A DNA stretch of 62,666 nucleotides, filler included, from Sphacelaria rigidula (Eukaryota): the NCBI GenBank assembly GCA_964200075.2. It is 9 parts of 9 records of this genome, joined end to end, with 100 filler letters (N's around TTAATTAATTAA, not from the genome) between each part and the next. Parts side by side here need not be neighbours in the genome. Positions count along the whole stretch, not along the records: positions 6,975 to 13,848 come from CAXNAA020017635.1; positions 13,949 to 20,822 come from CAXNAA020017636.1; positions 20,923 to 27,796 come from CAXNAA020017637.1; 6 more parts are not named here. The stretch is one strand, 5' to 3'. The notes under the pieces were generated by a model. It was given only the letters and a program-made list of their open reading frames with translations, did not search any database and was not told the origin of the DNA. Position 1 is the stretch's first letter; the number at the start of each line of letters is the position of its first letter. The position numbers and the translations under genes were made by a program. Positions 12,980 through 26,310 of the stretch are shown piece after piece.

Positions 12980-13272
12980 CCCTCTCCTTCCTCGGAACGA
13001 CTCGGAACGAGTCCGTGGTCTCAGAGGATCAACCCATCTCTCCCCGTTACACGCCTTGCATTTTTGTCTCTCGCACATCGGGTCAGCACTCCCGCGCCGC
13101 GTCAACTCACGTCAAACAAACGCAGTCAACCACTTTGTTTACTCACACGTTCTCACCCGCTTTCCACGGTGGAAATCAGATACTACGAAAGAAATAACCC
13201 AACGCATCGGGAATCGAACCCTCGTTATCTCCACCCTAATGGCGACAGTCGGACCATTACACCACCGGGGCG
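12980..13272 (-). mobile_element. tRNA-derived SINE family 2
   Basis: Minus strand has A box TGGTGTAATGG and B box GGTTCGATTCC; full-length homology to 26311-26592 (+). Confidence 0.8.
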
Positions 13273-14247
13273 CTCCGGCGACTGCAGCGCACAAATATAC
13301 AATTTACGATGGCAGGGTTTTACTCGTCCCCGCCCTCCCTGCACTCACTTTCTCGTCCTGGATAATCGCATATTCCGCGCGGTGTTCACTGCAGAAGACC
13401 CCGTCGGCAAGCGCACAGTCGGAGGCAGAGCGAATCTGCAGGCAGCTCGCGGATCTGGGCCTTCTCATACCCGTACGTGAGTGCTGAATTTTCTCGACAG
13501 AGAGACTTAGTATCTCGAGATGTCGTCGATGCACGCCTTCAGAAGTCGGCCCCGCAGCAGTTTGGTCTACTTCCCCCCCCCTCCCCCCTGGTGTTTCATG
13601 TACTCCTTCCGTCGAGTTTCCTTGAGCGACGAGTGATTCCGCTCATGTACTAGGTCCTGGGGAAGGTCTAGCTTGTGACCGCGGCTAGCTGCATAGCGGG
13701 CCACATGGCGTGCGATAGTCAATCAAACAATTCAATCGAAAGGTAGGCAACCCATACCCGAAATTCCGTCCACCCTGGAGTGATGCTACGGTAGGGGTAC
13801 AGAAATAATTTCTGAGATTAGAATTGTTAGGAGCCCCTTATCTCATCCNNNNNNNNNNNNNNNNNNNNNNNNNNNNNNNNNNNNNNNNNNNNTTAATTAA
13901 TTAANNNNNNNNNNNNNNNNNNNNNNNNNNNNNNNNNNNNNNNNNNNNGAAAATAAAGCAACTCATTGTAGGCTGCCGTCCAAATGCAAGATAAACAGTA
14001 GGCTTCGGGCCGAACAATCTTAGGGTTAGTACTCGAACATTGTGTGGAATACAGGAGCTGGGCCAGCCTACTATCGGTTCTGTATGCTGCAGGCCCGTTC
14101 TAAACTCAAATTTGATGGTTGAAATTTTAATTTCAGTACGGGAAATCGCTAGGGCATGATTAAACGAATTGAGATGAACATATAGTTTTTTTCATGAGAA
14201 AAGGCCAACAATCAAGATCCAGGTTTCAGTCAAATGTCCGTAACTCA

Positions 14248-14590
14248 TAATTTTTCGTCCCAAATGATATATTTTTATCATGCACTATTAGAGGTATCTC
14301 AAACTCGGCTTCCGGTATCCTGGTTTGTTTTGTTTTATTTTTTCAAGTGAAACTGATCATAACTTTTCGTCCCAAATGATGTATTTTTTCATGCACTATT
14401 AGAGGTATCTCAAACTCGGCCCCCGGTATCCTGGTTTGTTTTGTTCTATTTTTTTCAAGTGAAAGTGATGCCGATTCATCAGATGATGAGACCCTTTGAC
14501 CGCCAGGTCAGGTCCTCTTATGGATCGTACACAACTCAGAGCCAGCGAATGTACCAGGATACCGGGAGCCGAGTTTGAGAAACCTCTATT
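14248..14590. repeat. ~115-bp tandem duplication plus an inverted partial copy
   Basis: ttttcgtcccaaatgat...tagaggtatctcaaactcggc..ccggtatcctggt twice; inverted accaggataccgggagccgagtttgagaaacctcta at ~14553-14588. Confidence 0.75.
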
Positions 14591-15189
14591 GAGAGCGATT
14601 TCTCACATCAAATTTGAGAGTCCAACTCTCAAAAGTGAGGTGAAAACAGGCGATTCAGTGGGTTTAGTATGAAATCGTATGTGCGCCATATCTCGCGGTA
14701 GATAGCGAATGGCGTGAAGGTGAGGAAATCGATCGCTTTTCCGTGCTCCGTGTCATCCTCTGTTGTCCATATTGTTCGGGGTTTCATATAGAGTTTAGTA
14801 TGGACCCCATCTCCGTACGATGTAGGAATTGCTCGACACGGCGCGTAATCAACGAGAAACGTTTCGCTCAGATTTTTGAGCAGATGTGCATCTCTCTCCT
14901 GAATATACGATTGATACGTTATGTGGATCACGATCCCATTCGTCTGTGCCGCTGAAATATGGCTGTGAGAGCTTGAATCCGTCCTACACTGGCCCAGCTT
15001 GCACACCCCTCAGAAAACAAAGAGACGAATTATATAAGGTAACACGCCAAAGAGTGTCTCTCCGAAGGAAAGCCGAAAAATAACCGCACGAAAAAGCAGA
15101 GTCAACCCGAAGAATGCTACGAAAATAAATGCAACGTATGCATGCAAGAACAGGTTTTCCTCCATCAATCAAGGGTATCCCGCCACTCT

Positions 15190-15460
15190 TGACACTTTCT
15201 AAGATAGCCCCCCCCCCAAGACAAAACCCCCAAAACCAGACAAGAATTGTCACGAAGAAAATGGTCATACAGCGCCTGCTGTTTGGTTTCAGGGTGCATG
15301 ACGCGCCTAAAATGGGCGACATTGGCGAAAACGAACCCAAGCGTGGGGATTCCCAGCTTCTCGTTGTGCTCGGCTTTCTTCATGTCCATTCACCCGTAGA
15401 TTTTGCCTCCCAAAACCAGCCACTTTCTTTTGGGGGGGGGGGGGGGGGGGGGGCTATGGT
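15190..15460. mobile_element. MITE with TGACA(T/C)TTTCTA.GATAG.CCCC TIR, uninterrupted copy
   Basis: Reverse-complement homology to 59630-59819 joined to 61558-61628; carries a single TACAGCGC (15268-15275), the empty site of the hAT insertion. Confidence 0.75.
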
Positions 15461-16699
15461 TAAATTTTTTTTTTGTTCCCCTCTGCCCCCCCAACAAAAA
15501 AAAAAAGAAAAAAACCAAAGATCTTGATGAGCTGGGTTTACACATACGATCCAACGAACAAAATGCTCTGACATTGACCCATCGTATGTTGATTATCGCA
15601 CATGAACCGACCCGACATTAGTCCAGGCGTTGTCGCAAGACAGACGCGCTCAACGGCAATACACGGAAACATTCGCGAAAGGAAACTCGAAAATGAAAGA
15701 TGTGGAGAAGGAGAGACGAACAGAGTTGAGTGAGCACAAAAACGAGGAAATATAGGAAGACAAATGAAAAGAGAGGACAAAAGGGAAGATAGAAGAGAAG
15801 GAGAAAAAAAGCCGGGTCGAAATCTAGTGCTGGCCCCGGTAAAGAAATTCGGCATGCCCTTGCTGGACGGTTTCGGGTATGGAGACCGTATGTAGAGAAA
15901 AAAAAACAGAGAAGAAAGAAGGAGGCGAAGAGAAGGGAAGGGACGGGAAGGAAAGGGGAGAGGAGGAAAGGAAGAAAGAGGAGGAACACAGAAGCGGAGC
16001 AGAATATGAGCGGGAAACATCGCTCGGAAACATCGATAAAGTTGCACGCTTCGGACGAATCATCGCCGGTTCGAATAACCAAACCCGCGATTTGTCAGGC
16101 CTGATTTCTCAACAAAGAGGGAAAAGTTTACCGTTGGTGAGCAAAGTCTCCACGCAATGTTTGCGCCATTCCACGTGCCTGGGCTACGCGTATCTGGGCA
16201 GAAAACAAAGCCTGAGGATTCATTCGTACGGTACGACTAAATCGCATCAAAACCTAGTAATTTCCAGACGAATCATAAATTCGTCCGACCCTTGTGAAGT
16301 TGCAACCCAAGGAAACAAGTCAGCCCCCGGCAGAACAAGGTAGGTGTGTCAGTTTCCGTGCTAATCCTGTCCCCTCTTCATCCCTGGTTAGGGGGAAAGT
16401 AAGCCATTCTCGCGACTACAGTGATCTTCGATTATTCGTAGGCTATTGCTACTGTTGTTGTGCCAGCCATGTTGATCATGTTACAGTCCATAGCAGGTTT
16501 TTAGTTATGTTGGGGACAGTCTTACCTTACCTGTTTTCATGGGGGAAAGTGCTGGAAGTTCGTTAGTAATGCGACTTCACCGGCAAGCGATAGCGCGTAT
16601 GAGCTAATGAACCGCACGGTCGAGAGTATCATATTGACATATTTGCAATTCGAAAGGGAACAGTCGGTATCGAGTCCCACTATGAGACATTTCAAGCCT

Positions 16700-16700
<1 letters not shown>

Positions 16701-16749
<49 letters not shown>
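16701..16749. repeat. (CAG)n microsatellite
   Basis: Direct reading. Confidence 0.95.
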
Positions 16750-16753
<4 letters not shown>

Positions 16754-17972
16754 CTTCACAGCCGTCAACTTTAAACGTCCGCATCCCGCGAATGTCGACG
16801 AATCGAGAAAGACTGAGTGAGGAACTAGAAATGGTGCGTCTTGCCTCGATCTTTGCAACGGCGTTGATGCTCAGTGTCGAGTCCGAAAATTCGATTCAAT
16901 GCAGAATTGCAAACGGAGCAACTCGCGTTTTGGGAGTTCTGCTTTCGATTCACTCTCCACGACCGCAGCGCGCATTCGTGTAACACAAGACATGTAGACA
17001 AGACATGCATCGGAAAATCGCAGCCATTCCGTTTCCAACCATTTAAGCGATATGATCAAGACCATCTTCACAATTTGCCTGAAAACGGATCATGGACATG
17101 TTTGACAAGCTGCGCAATGACGAAGAAGAAGCTTGTGGAGGAGATCAATCGCAGGTAGCACCACCCTACAATCGAGTGACTCGCCTGCCGAGCACCACTA
17201 GCGAGCACTTGTAGTGTGGATCTTTCTCCCTCAGGTACTTGTGCATGGTGTATCTGCCGACAATGAGAGGGAGAGGAAGAGGGACGGAAAAGAGAGAAGA
17301 AGACGAGAAGGAATCAACGTGGGAATACCGGTAATTTAGTCTTACACTGGCCATTCTCGGCGTAAGGGAGAAATCTTGAACCAATCCCTCAAGTCTCACT
17401 ATGTTAACGAGAGCGGCCTGCACGCGGGATACGAATGCGACAGTTTGATGTACACTGCGGCACCGTGGAGCTCATGCAGAGAGCACGTGGTTGTCTGATG
17501 TGTTTCGATCCACTCGCGGAAGTAGGAACCTGTTTTCTTGAAAGCTGCTGGCAGTGGCAGGAACCCCATGTTGTCAGCCTTTTGATTGTAGATTGATTGA
17601 TTGTCGATTGATTGATTGTCGCACTTTAACTGACCCCCCAGGAGTCCAGCCGTGGGTTTGTGAACTGGGATTTCGATCGCGGCTCGAGGTGAACCCAGTG
17701 CACTCACACATTGATCACCCTCTTGATTTTTCGGGGCGTTGCCATCGGGAGGTACTTGAAGAGATCTGACAATTCGGTGCGCTCAGGCAGGCTTGCGTTG
17801 AACTCGATCCGCTCTGTGACACTCCAACTTCTCCGTCGGGCGTGCACGTCTGCTTCATGTGTTGTTGAAAAACATCGACACGCAGGAACAATTTATTGTG
17901 ACAAAGCAGGGTGTAGTATTGATGATCATTCCATGCTTGCGGTGTGCACATGCACTGTGGTAAACGTCGAAA

Positions 17973-18089
17973 AACCTCACCGATCAATTCGCGATGTACA
18001 AATGTACCATGGTAAGCGTAGCAAACCTCACCGATCAATTCGCGTTGTACGAATGTGCCATGGTAAAAGTGGCAAATCTCACCGACCAA
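17973..18089. repeat. 51-bp tandem repeat (2.3 units), in frame in minus-strand ORF 17715-18251
   Basis: aacctcaccgatcaattcgcg... repeated; encodes GE(I/V)CxxYHGTFVxRELI units. Confidence 0.8.
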
Positions 18090-18789
18090 CAGATGCTTCT
18101 CCTGGAGTATGGGTTCGTGAGCGCTCCTCCACTTGCGCTGCAGTGCTCTGTTGATCCCGTCACAGATGAAATCAACGTTTGCCGCCGAGGCTCCTGATAG
18201 TACTGCTGTATTTGGCTCTTCAATGAAGGATTTCCTACGCTTGCCTGACACACCGGTGTACGATAGAATAACCCGTTCGGTTGCTCACACTTTCATGTCT
18301 TTACTCACGGCCCCAAGTAAGCACCCACACATACAACGGTAGTTGTTGGGCTTCGCGCGCCGGATACCAGGAAGTAGTGGAAAACCGTGTTCACTGAAAC
18401 GGCAAGCCAATGATGCATTGCAAGCCGAGGCACGCGTTCCGCAAGGCTGATGGAGAGACTAACGTGCGTGGTGGAGAGGCGATGATGCTTTTGTCTATGG
18501 TACCCATGGACGCTCATTCTGATAACGGTGACAGCTGATTGGCGTCTGCGTAGAACTTGCCCGTGTGTGAAATATTCACACAGCCGTCGTATATACAGGA
18601 TGGCCGGGCGTCGATTGTTAACCTGTCGAATTCCTCGGGCACCAGTGGTGGTATCCGGCTACATGGCCCCTTGGCCAATCGTGATCGCGCAAATCAAGGT
18701 CGCCGTTTGCGTCATTGCATTTGGAAGAGGGTTGGAGCCTCTGCCCGAGACTGCCCCTCGCCGACTTACGTTTCTGTAGGATTGCTCAC

Positions 18790-18928
18790 CTTCAGCAAAG
18801 CCTTTGGTGTCGGTGCTGTTGTCACTCAGCATTTTTCTGCCTTCTTTGTGCACATTTTGCAGCATCCCCGCAAATTCTCCATTCTTCTTCTCAAGCTTTT
18901 CAGCGCAGTCTTCAATATACTCCAGCAC
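18790..18928 (-). pseudogene. Probable downstream exon of the KAP NTPase pseudogene
   Basis: ttCAG acceptor, G|GTGAGC donor, protein-like VLEYIEDCAEKLEKKNGEFAGMLQNVHKEG; same strand and scaffold as the KAP exon. No motif of its own. Confidence 0.35.
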
Positions 18929-19829
18929 CTGAACCCCCGCAACGATTGTCAAGCACGACATTAGTGCAGATCGAGGGCGGCGACCGGGGAGGGGGGGCGG
19001 CAGTGGTTCGTACTTTCTTCGTTTTCGTTGGAAGAGAATGCCGATCGAACGGCCACCCCGGCGCCTCAGTTAGCATCCGCTCTTGTTGATTCATTGATTG
19101 GTTGACTTCTTGTCGTATAATTGCTGATCCCGGAGAAACCCAGCCGTGGTAACAAGGCAGGCGGTCTCAGGGTTATGGACTAAATACTCCCTGGGAGCAG
19201 CTGGAAAAAGCAGAAGACAGCGAGAAACAGTACTGTCAGAGTAAAAATGTAGAAATGAGATCCAAACTAAACAAAACAAATGGAGGAAAGTAGGATAATC
19301 GCAAAAACGAGACGGCAACAGAGCGACAAACTTACTGCCCCAACCCGCCCGAAAAGCACTTAAAACTTGAACTTGCAACGGTCCTTTCCTGGCGTCGGAC
19401 ATGGTAGCTCCATGCCTCACACGCCTCAACGGACCCTTGAGATTACGAAACACAGTAATGAAACTATCCTGAGAATTCTTGGAGTTGGAACTAGATTGAA
19501 AAATGAGGAACTTGAGCTGCTTACATCAGGCAGTTTGTCGCTTGCGAGCTGATGCGGACGTTGGTTTTTCGCGACCGTCGCCATCTCAACATCTGCCCCA
19601 CGAAGCACATGGCAGAAGAGTCGGACAATGAGTATACATAACGATCAGGGCACAGCATTCACAGCTCCACTTTTACCTTTTGCGCGGTGCGAAACATTAG
19701 TTACATTGGACATACTGAGAAGCAGCGAACACAACACGCGAGTAGAGTATCAACTTCTTGGCTTTCTTGAAGCTCCGAGTCCAAGAGAATCTGCAGCACG
19801 CAAACACACTAACGAGGAGTGGTGATTAC

Positions 19830-20054
19830 CTGGGTGGTATTCTACACTGGGGATTGAATATCATATTTTTCACACTCGCCCCGGAGAACACACAATATAC
19901 CTACGAACGCTTGAAGCCGCGGAAGGGTGTTTCGAAACGTGTTGTCATCGCCTGTAAGTAACCCGTCCACCAAACGCTGTCGGCGCAGCCCGCTTGCGGC
20001 CGGTACGCTGAACGGTATGTGGATGATCTTGTCGAGGTATTCTCTTCCCGTCAC
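19830..20054 (-). pseudogene. KAP-family P-loop NTPase exon with an in-frame stop
   Basis: VTGREYLDKIIHIPFSVP matches the KAP GxxYLxKI(I/V)xxPFxLP motif; aatAG acceptor and CAG|GTAATC donor; TAG at 19842-19844. Walker A/B exons not found on this scaffold. Confidence 0.7.
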
Positions 20055-21245
20055 CTATTGGTACCGTCCATTGGGGGGAAAGTGAGGCCACGTGGGCAGA
20101 AACGATTGTTGGGACCCAGTGCCCCGGTGAATCCAATGACTCGGTGAAGCGACACTCCTCTTCCGTTTTTCTCTCAAATAAAGTCGAACAGTTCTCGCGG
20201 AATGACGGTGCAGGCTGACAGTTCACGAATGGACAGACAAAAACAACTACCTGAGGTCGCTAATAATCAGAATGCATATTCTTTTAATGTTCCCCATTTT
20301 TGAGTGCATCGACGATGCGGAAAGTCTCCCTTGTGGAATGTTGATGTCGGCTTTTCGAATGTATCCGATGCAGTGCGGCAACAGCCGAGGTTGTTTCTAG
20401 GCATTTCAGCTGCCAAAAAGTCACGTAAATTGCGGGTGTTTCATATACTTGCTGGTGCGTCACATTCAGCAACATCTTCTCGATTTTAGTAAAGTTTTTT
20501 TTTTTGTCGGAACGGGAGGTTTCCGTGATTTACACCAAGCCGAATCGTCCGAAACGCTGCCACCTCCCCTGAAAGCCCGTGATCTGACGGGAACTTCGGC
20601 GCAATCAGATTTGCAATCGGTCACGCTCTTGAAAAACGGACGAAAACGTGCAAAACATTTATTTTCTTTCTTGAACCAAGGGGCAACTAAAAAAGAAATT
20701 CGTGACACGTAGGCCCCAATCGAAAATTCGAGTTTTCGAGAGGGGGGGGGGGGGGCCCCAAGCCGGGTGCTCCCTTTTTTTTTGCCGGGGGCGTGGCGGG
20801 AGGGGACTGCGGCGTTAAGTAGNNNNNNNNNNNNNNNNNNNNNNNNNNNNNNNNNNNNNNNNNNNNTTAATTAATTAANNNNNNNNNNNNNNNNNNNNNN
20901 NNNNNNNNNNNNNNNNNNNNNNTCGTCACGAGTCGACTCATCATACTAAAATCAAGTAATTTTCAGACGAATCATTATTTGTCCGACCCTTGATACATTG
21001 CACCCTACTCGGCGCTCCATCTCTCGCGTATTCCTCTCCTCCCGCCGCTGCCGCATACACTTTTGTTGTCTTCTCTGTTTTACCCGGTGTCCTGAAACTC
21101 AATAAAAAAACTGGCCAATGGCCGTCACCAACATCGGATCACACCCACCGAATACCTTAAATCGGTCGACATCAACATCAAAGCGTCCACGCGGTGTTCG
21201 AGAAAATGGCGACGCTGCAATCTTGCTGTCGCGTGGCCGGAATAG

Positions 21246-21757
21246 GTCTTCCATTGGCACAAGTACTAGCCGGCACGGGTCTTCAGCCGACGAGAAGTCC
21301 CCCGATCATCGGCGGGAAGCAGCCGCCTACTCTTACCAATGACCAAGGCAGAGGTGGTGCTTTCAGTCAAGCCGGAAATTTGAGTGCCAATAGCGGCACT
21401 GGAAACACTCCTGGCGGTGGGGTTGGTAATGTTGGTGGTGTTGACCGTCCAAAACCGCGTCGATCAGATGGAGGACCTGAGGGGATGCCGACGAGGGTCC
21501 AAAACCGATCTGCGAACCGGTCCCCTGGTTCCGCACCGGGAGAAGCACCGCTAAGTGGTGGAGGAGCGGTGCAAGAGGGTGACGTGTCGTTGCGAAATGT
21601 GATAGTCGAAGAGCTCTGGAAAGTCGCCGTGGTGTGCCTTTGCGCGTTTTTCTTTGCCGTGGTGCTTCAGTTCTTCCGTGGTGACAATCCCTTGGGCTTG
21701 GCTGTAGAACGGGGTGATGGGGGCACTGACGAATTCGCGGGTGGTGATGAGTTTTAA
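21246..21757 (+). CDS. Terminal exon of a single-pass membrane protein (Gly/Pro-rich region, C-terminal TM helix, ends ...GGDEF)
   Basis: Open for ~170 codons after a candidate aatAG acceptor; hydrophobic LWKVAVVCLCAFFFAVVLQFF; acidic tail then TAA. Confidence 0.55.
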
Positions 21758-22159
21758 GAATGTTTGTCGATGAATCACTGGTGTTGATATTTTTGTTGCG
21801 ACAGTCCACTGAATCCATATTTCTCCGGACACGCGGAATTTTTTAGGCGTGAACGTTTGGCGTTCGAATAGCACCTTTCACCTTTCGTACTGATCTTTTC
21901 CCACTCAGGTTTGACTCATTGTCCAGTACAACAGCGGCAAGGCCTTCGATACTGCTGCGTCACAACTCGAAATCATTCAAAGTGTCCCCGAGTATTAATT
22001 AAAAACGCTGCTCGTGCTGCTCAACTGAAAGCACTAATTTGTACTACTGACTGTCCTCTTTTTATACCTCTCTCCGCAATCACGACTTTGACCGCTGATG
22101 TCCGCTAGAAATTGCACGGGGTCACGTAAACTGTTATAGTGCGACTCACAGCCGCCACG

Positions 22160-22369
22160 CGCCGGTGATCCAATATTTATCTTGTACCTTACACCACCTG
22201 GCAGAAAACGCGAGTTCGATTCCCGGTATACGCTTGATTTTTTTTTCCTGAAAAATGTATCTGCGCCCTTCCTGTGTGACCTACAACAGCAGTAGGCTGA
22301 TGCCCCCACATACCGAAAGGTGTAAACCGGCGTCCAGATAGATGGGATGACAACACGACAAACCAACAC
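22160..22369 (+). mobile_element. SINE with a different tRNA-like head but the family-1 3' tail
   Basis: B box gagttcgattccc at ~22212; tail taccgaaaggtgtaaaccggcgtccagatagatgggatgacaacac matches the family-1 tail. Confidence 0.6.
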
Positions 22370-22919
22370 GAATTAAGCCGATGTAAGTATATGGCTGTGA
22401 ACTGCAGAGACCAACCTACTGATGCACGCCTTACCGCTAAAAAACAAAAACGAGAAACACCAACGATCGAACTAGATTCTGTAAAAGAAAACTCTCTGTC
22501 GCAATTTGAACTCGTGACCTTCCGTCCCTATGAAGGTGGAATGCCCTGCCCAATTTGAGGAGTTTTAAACCTAAATTTTACGAGAACCTTTCACGAGCCA
22601 GTATTGTCGGGAACAGATTCCAATCCATCACGGAAGCTAACAGAGTCTCCCGATCTGAGCAGAATGGTGATGAACCAAAAGTCAGCGTCTCTAATCTGGG
22701 GGTGGATGCGAGAGTCTCCCGATCTGAGCAGAAGAAGGGTGATGGACCAAAAGTCAGCGTCTAGACATTCGGATAATAATTGCTCTGGTTTCCTCAGAGC
22801 TAGACGAAAAACATTGCCCATCGGACTGGGGTTCGAAAAATCAATCCGCCGGAGAAAATCGGATCAAGACGGGCTGAAATCGTCACACTTGTAGAAATAC
22901 GGACTGGTTGCCGTACAAG

Positions 22920-23328
22920 GCGGTCCTATTATTGTTGTATATTTGGATTCCAAACCACCTACAGTACAGCGCTGGACGCCAAGCACGCGGAGTAGCGCTT
23001 CTTGGACCCTGATGTCGAGTACTTTGTGTTTTTGGACAAGCATTTCGAGCCCTCTTCGCACGCAGTTATTTCACGTATGTATCCCATGAGCTGTCCGACG
23101 TGTGGAAAATTATCATACTGAGCCAGGATCGAGCTATAAATTGTTGATATCTCTGCTCTCCGCTCCGAGATCTTGGCTAGTGATAATGTGGGGGAGCCTG
23201 TAGTATGGCTGTAAACATCTTCGCTCAATAATGGCTCAGGAGCCGAAAATACCAGCGTACACACAAGAAGCTCGTGTGTGACAGTCCCGCCATGATCGCA
23301 TCAGGCATGATCTACAATAATGGGACCG
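22920..23328. mobile_element. MITE-like element with ~15-bp TIRs (GCGGTCCYATTATTGT)
   Basis: gcggtcctattattgt pairs with acaataatgggaccgc; lies between two copies of the foldback family. Confidence 0.55.
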
Positions 23329-23346
23329 CGCCCCTTATGAGCTTAA

Positions 23347-23804
23347 ACCCACTTTTATGGCAACGAATCCCGATTTTTACAAATAGGAGAATTTCAGCCC
23401 GTCTACAGGCGATTTTCTCCCGGGAATGATTTTTCGCACCCCAGTCCGTTGGGCAATGTTTTTCGGCTAGCTGTGAGCAAACCAGATCAATTCTCCAACT
23501 TTCTGGGCGTTGACTTTCGATACATCACCGTTCTGCTGAAATCGGGAAACTCCCGCATCTCCCCCGCATCTCCCCCGATTTGAAAAAAAATCGGGGGAGA
23601 TGCGGGAGTTTTTTTAGAAATGTGATAAACCAAAAGTCAACGTCCATAGAATCGGAGAAATGATCTGGTTTGCTCACAGCTAGCCGAAAAACATTGTCCA
23701 ACGGACTGGGGTCCGAAAAATCAATCCAGGGGAGAAAATCGCCTGTAGATGAGCTGAAATCCTGATATTTGTAAAAATCGGGACTCGTTGCCATAAAAGT
23801 GGGT
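23347..23804. mobile_element. Foldback MITE with ~185-bp arms; related half copy at ~22620-22915
   Basis: acccacttttatggcaacga... pairs with ...tcgttgccataaaagtgggt; flanks TTAA and CTAA. Confidence 0.85.
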
Positions 23805-26310
23805 CTAATCCGCTCACCTCAGGACCCAAACCTGAAATTTCAATATTACGGGTACGTTTCATCGTTCGTTCGATCACGGCGCTACATTTTGATTTGTACG
23901 ATGTGTTCTCGTCTTTTTCAACCAACGGAGACAGATTTCCCAATGTAAACGGAAATGTACATGCACATGAATGAGAGCTGACGATACAGTAGCAGCCGCA
24001 CGAAATGAGTGCTGTCGTTGCGGTAACGGACACGACATACACGAAGGAGGAGCACTGCCCTCCACAAACGAGTAGCGGATTAATCCGCAGCTATTCGGTA
24101 ATTTATGGCAGCAAGCAGCCAACCGGCCGATCCGATCTGGTCCTGCAGGTGGCAAGGAAGATCCATAATCCACGGCGTCATGGATCATGCATGTGTCATG
24201 TGTCATGTGTCATGTCCCTATATTCCGCCGCATTTTTGTTTCGCTGGGCGCTTTGCCAAGCCCCTTCAAAAATGCCGTTCACACAAACGCATCACCCGTG
24301 ACAGGGGAGGCACGTTGCTTACAACTATCCCACGCGCGTACGTAAACTGCACACCAGCAACGCTCTACTGCACTTCGCACAGGCATTCTGCGTCCCCCTC
24401 TCTCTGCAGTCGAAGTTATAGCCATTGGACGTGTGAGTGGAGACGTGATGGCTACTGATAACCCACCACCCAGGTACGAACACACGGTATTTTGTACTGT
24501 ACTGTTCTCCTGGAGAAAGGCAACTACTACAGCAGAGTATAGCACCGGTGGTTGTGCATGTACAGAAGTGAGTGTACAGTGTACAGGCAGTACAGTAAGA
24601 TTTTGTACTGCACTGTACTGGAGCCGACCGTTGACGATTTTGCTGGTATGAGAGTTTGGAGTTTGGATGGACTGCCGTCATAATCATGTAGCGAGTGCAG
24701 TACCCGGCGAACAGCTGCGTGTGGGCGTTGTGCGCAGCAAGCAGAGTATGTTCCCAATCCACCTGTGCATGCACAGAACAGGCGAGAGCGGGTCATCAAG
24801 AGCCAAGCTCCAAAGTGTCAATCAGGATTAAAATTAAAGCGCCAAAATCCTGAATCCTCCTGCTGCAGACTGACGGTGATGTATACCCAACGCACTTGAT
24901 CCTGAACTATACTGTTGTACGCTCGCTGTCTGTCCTGCTCACACTAGTTGAGACAGCACACCCGGCGGAATAGAGATCGCTGCACTCATCATACATCGAC
25001 ACTGCGACGACTCTTGACTACGGCGCACTGCTTTCGACTTTTGTGTGCCAAAACAGGAAATTTTGTGAAGGGCAGATCTCGAAAGTCTTGACAGTATTGC
25101 GGACGTTTGGCAAATCCGATGATTCCAGCTGGCGGGCGTGCGCAACAGCGGTCGTGAACGTGAGTTTCAGCTGCTCCGATCTTGGCCGCACGCTACATTT
25201 CTCATGGATATATTGTATTACTGCAGTTGATGTGATGTTACACATCCGGGTAGTTTGGTGTTCATCGCTTATGTGTACAGTACATGTCTAGTGTTGTACA
25301 ACAGTTCAGTCCCGTATTTGTATGGTGAGAGGTGAACCAGGATGTATAGTATACGTGCACGAGTACACACGACAGTATTTATTATGTGTATTGTTGTTGT
25401 GCCGCATTATCGTACTCCTGTAATGTACGCATACAGCATACTGGAGTAGTACAAGTACAGTTTTAAAGTGCAGGCATTCGAAAGAGGGGGCATGTGGATC
25501 TATTCAACGACGTGAAGGTACAAATAGGTATGGACCCCACTGCTTTCTATAGTACAATGAACGTGCATGGTGTTAGTATTCATGTGAGTGATCTCAAACG
25601 GCTCCTGAAATTTACGTTTTGCCACTTTTTTTTCACCCACTGAAATGTATATCCCACACCGTTGTGGCATTGCACAAGGGAGCACATCGCTGCCAGGCAA
25701 GTCGTGAGCAGTCGTGTTACTCACGTTGATCACTTACTTATTCGACATTTTGCTATCTGTACGTACGAATGTTCAATGTCCAATGTTTGCGTAGATATCA
25801 CTCCTACGAGTGCAGCGCCGGGTTGCTTGCCGCGCATTACCGTTTATCTGCGGTACGGTAGTCCTTCCTACTTCAACGAAGAATAAATGAAACCTGCACC
25901 CAGTATAATTCGGTCACCATCTAAAATTAAAGCTATAATAGTGGCAGGTGTCCAACCTAATTTTCCAGCGAACTTTTACGTGCCTGTTTTTCGGTCATAT
26001 CCTGTGTGCAATGTGCACATTCTCCTACTGGTGAGGGATTCAAGGCACAACATGGTATGTGACGTCAGAAGAACCCATAGCAAACGTTGAGCAGGAACGG
26101 GAAACCGGTGGGGCGATACTGTTCATTTCCCGGAGTCTAGAACAGACGGTTGCGGAAACTCGATTTACCACTGCGCTTGTAATTAACTGGTGTACGGGCG
26201 CACTGAACTTACACGTGGACGATGATGTGATGGATTATTTATTGATCGTGGCGTGATACCCCACTGGTGTCGCCGTAGTAGTCTATTTTGGTGTACAAAA
26301 CTGTAACTGC

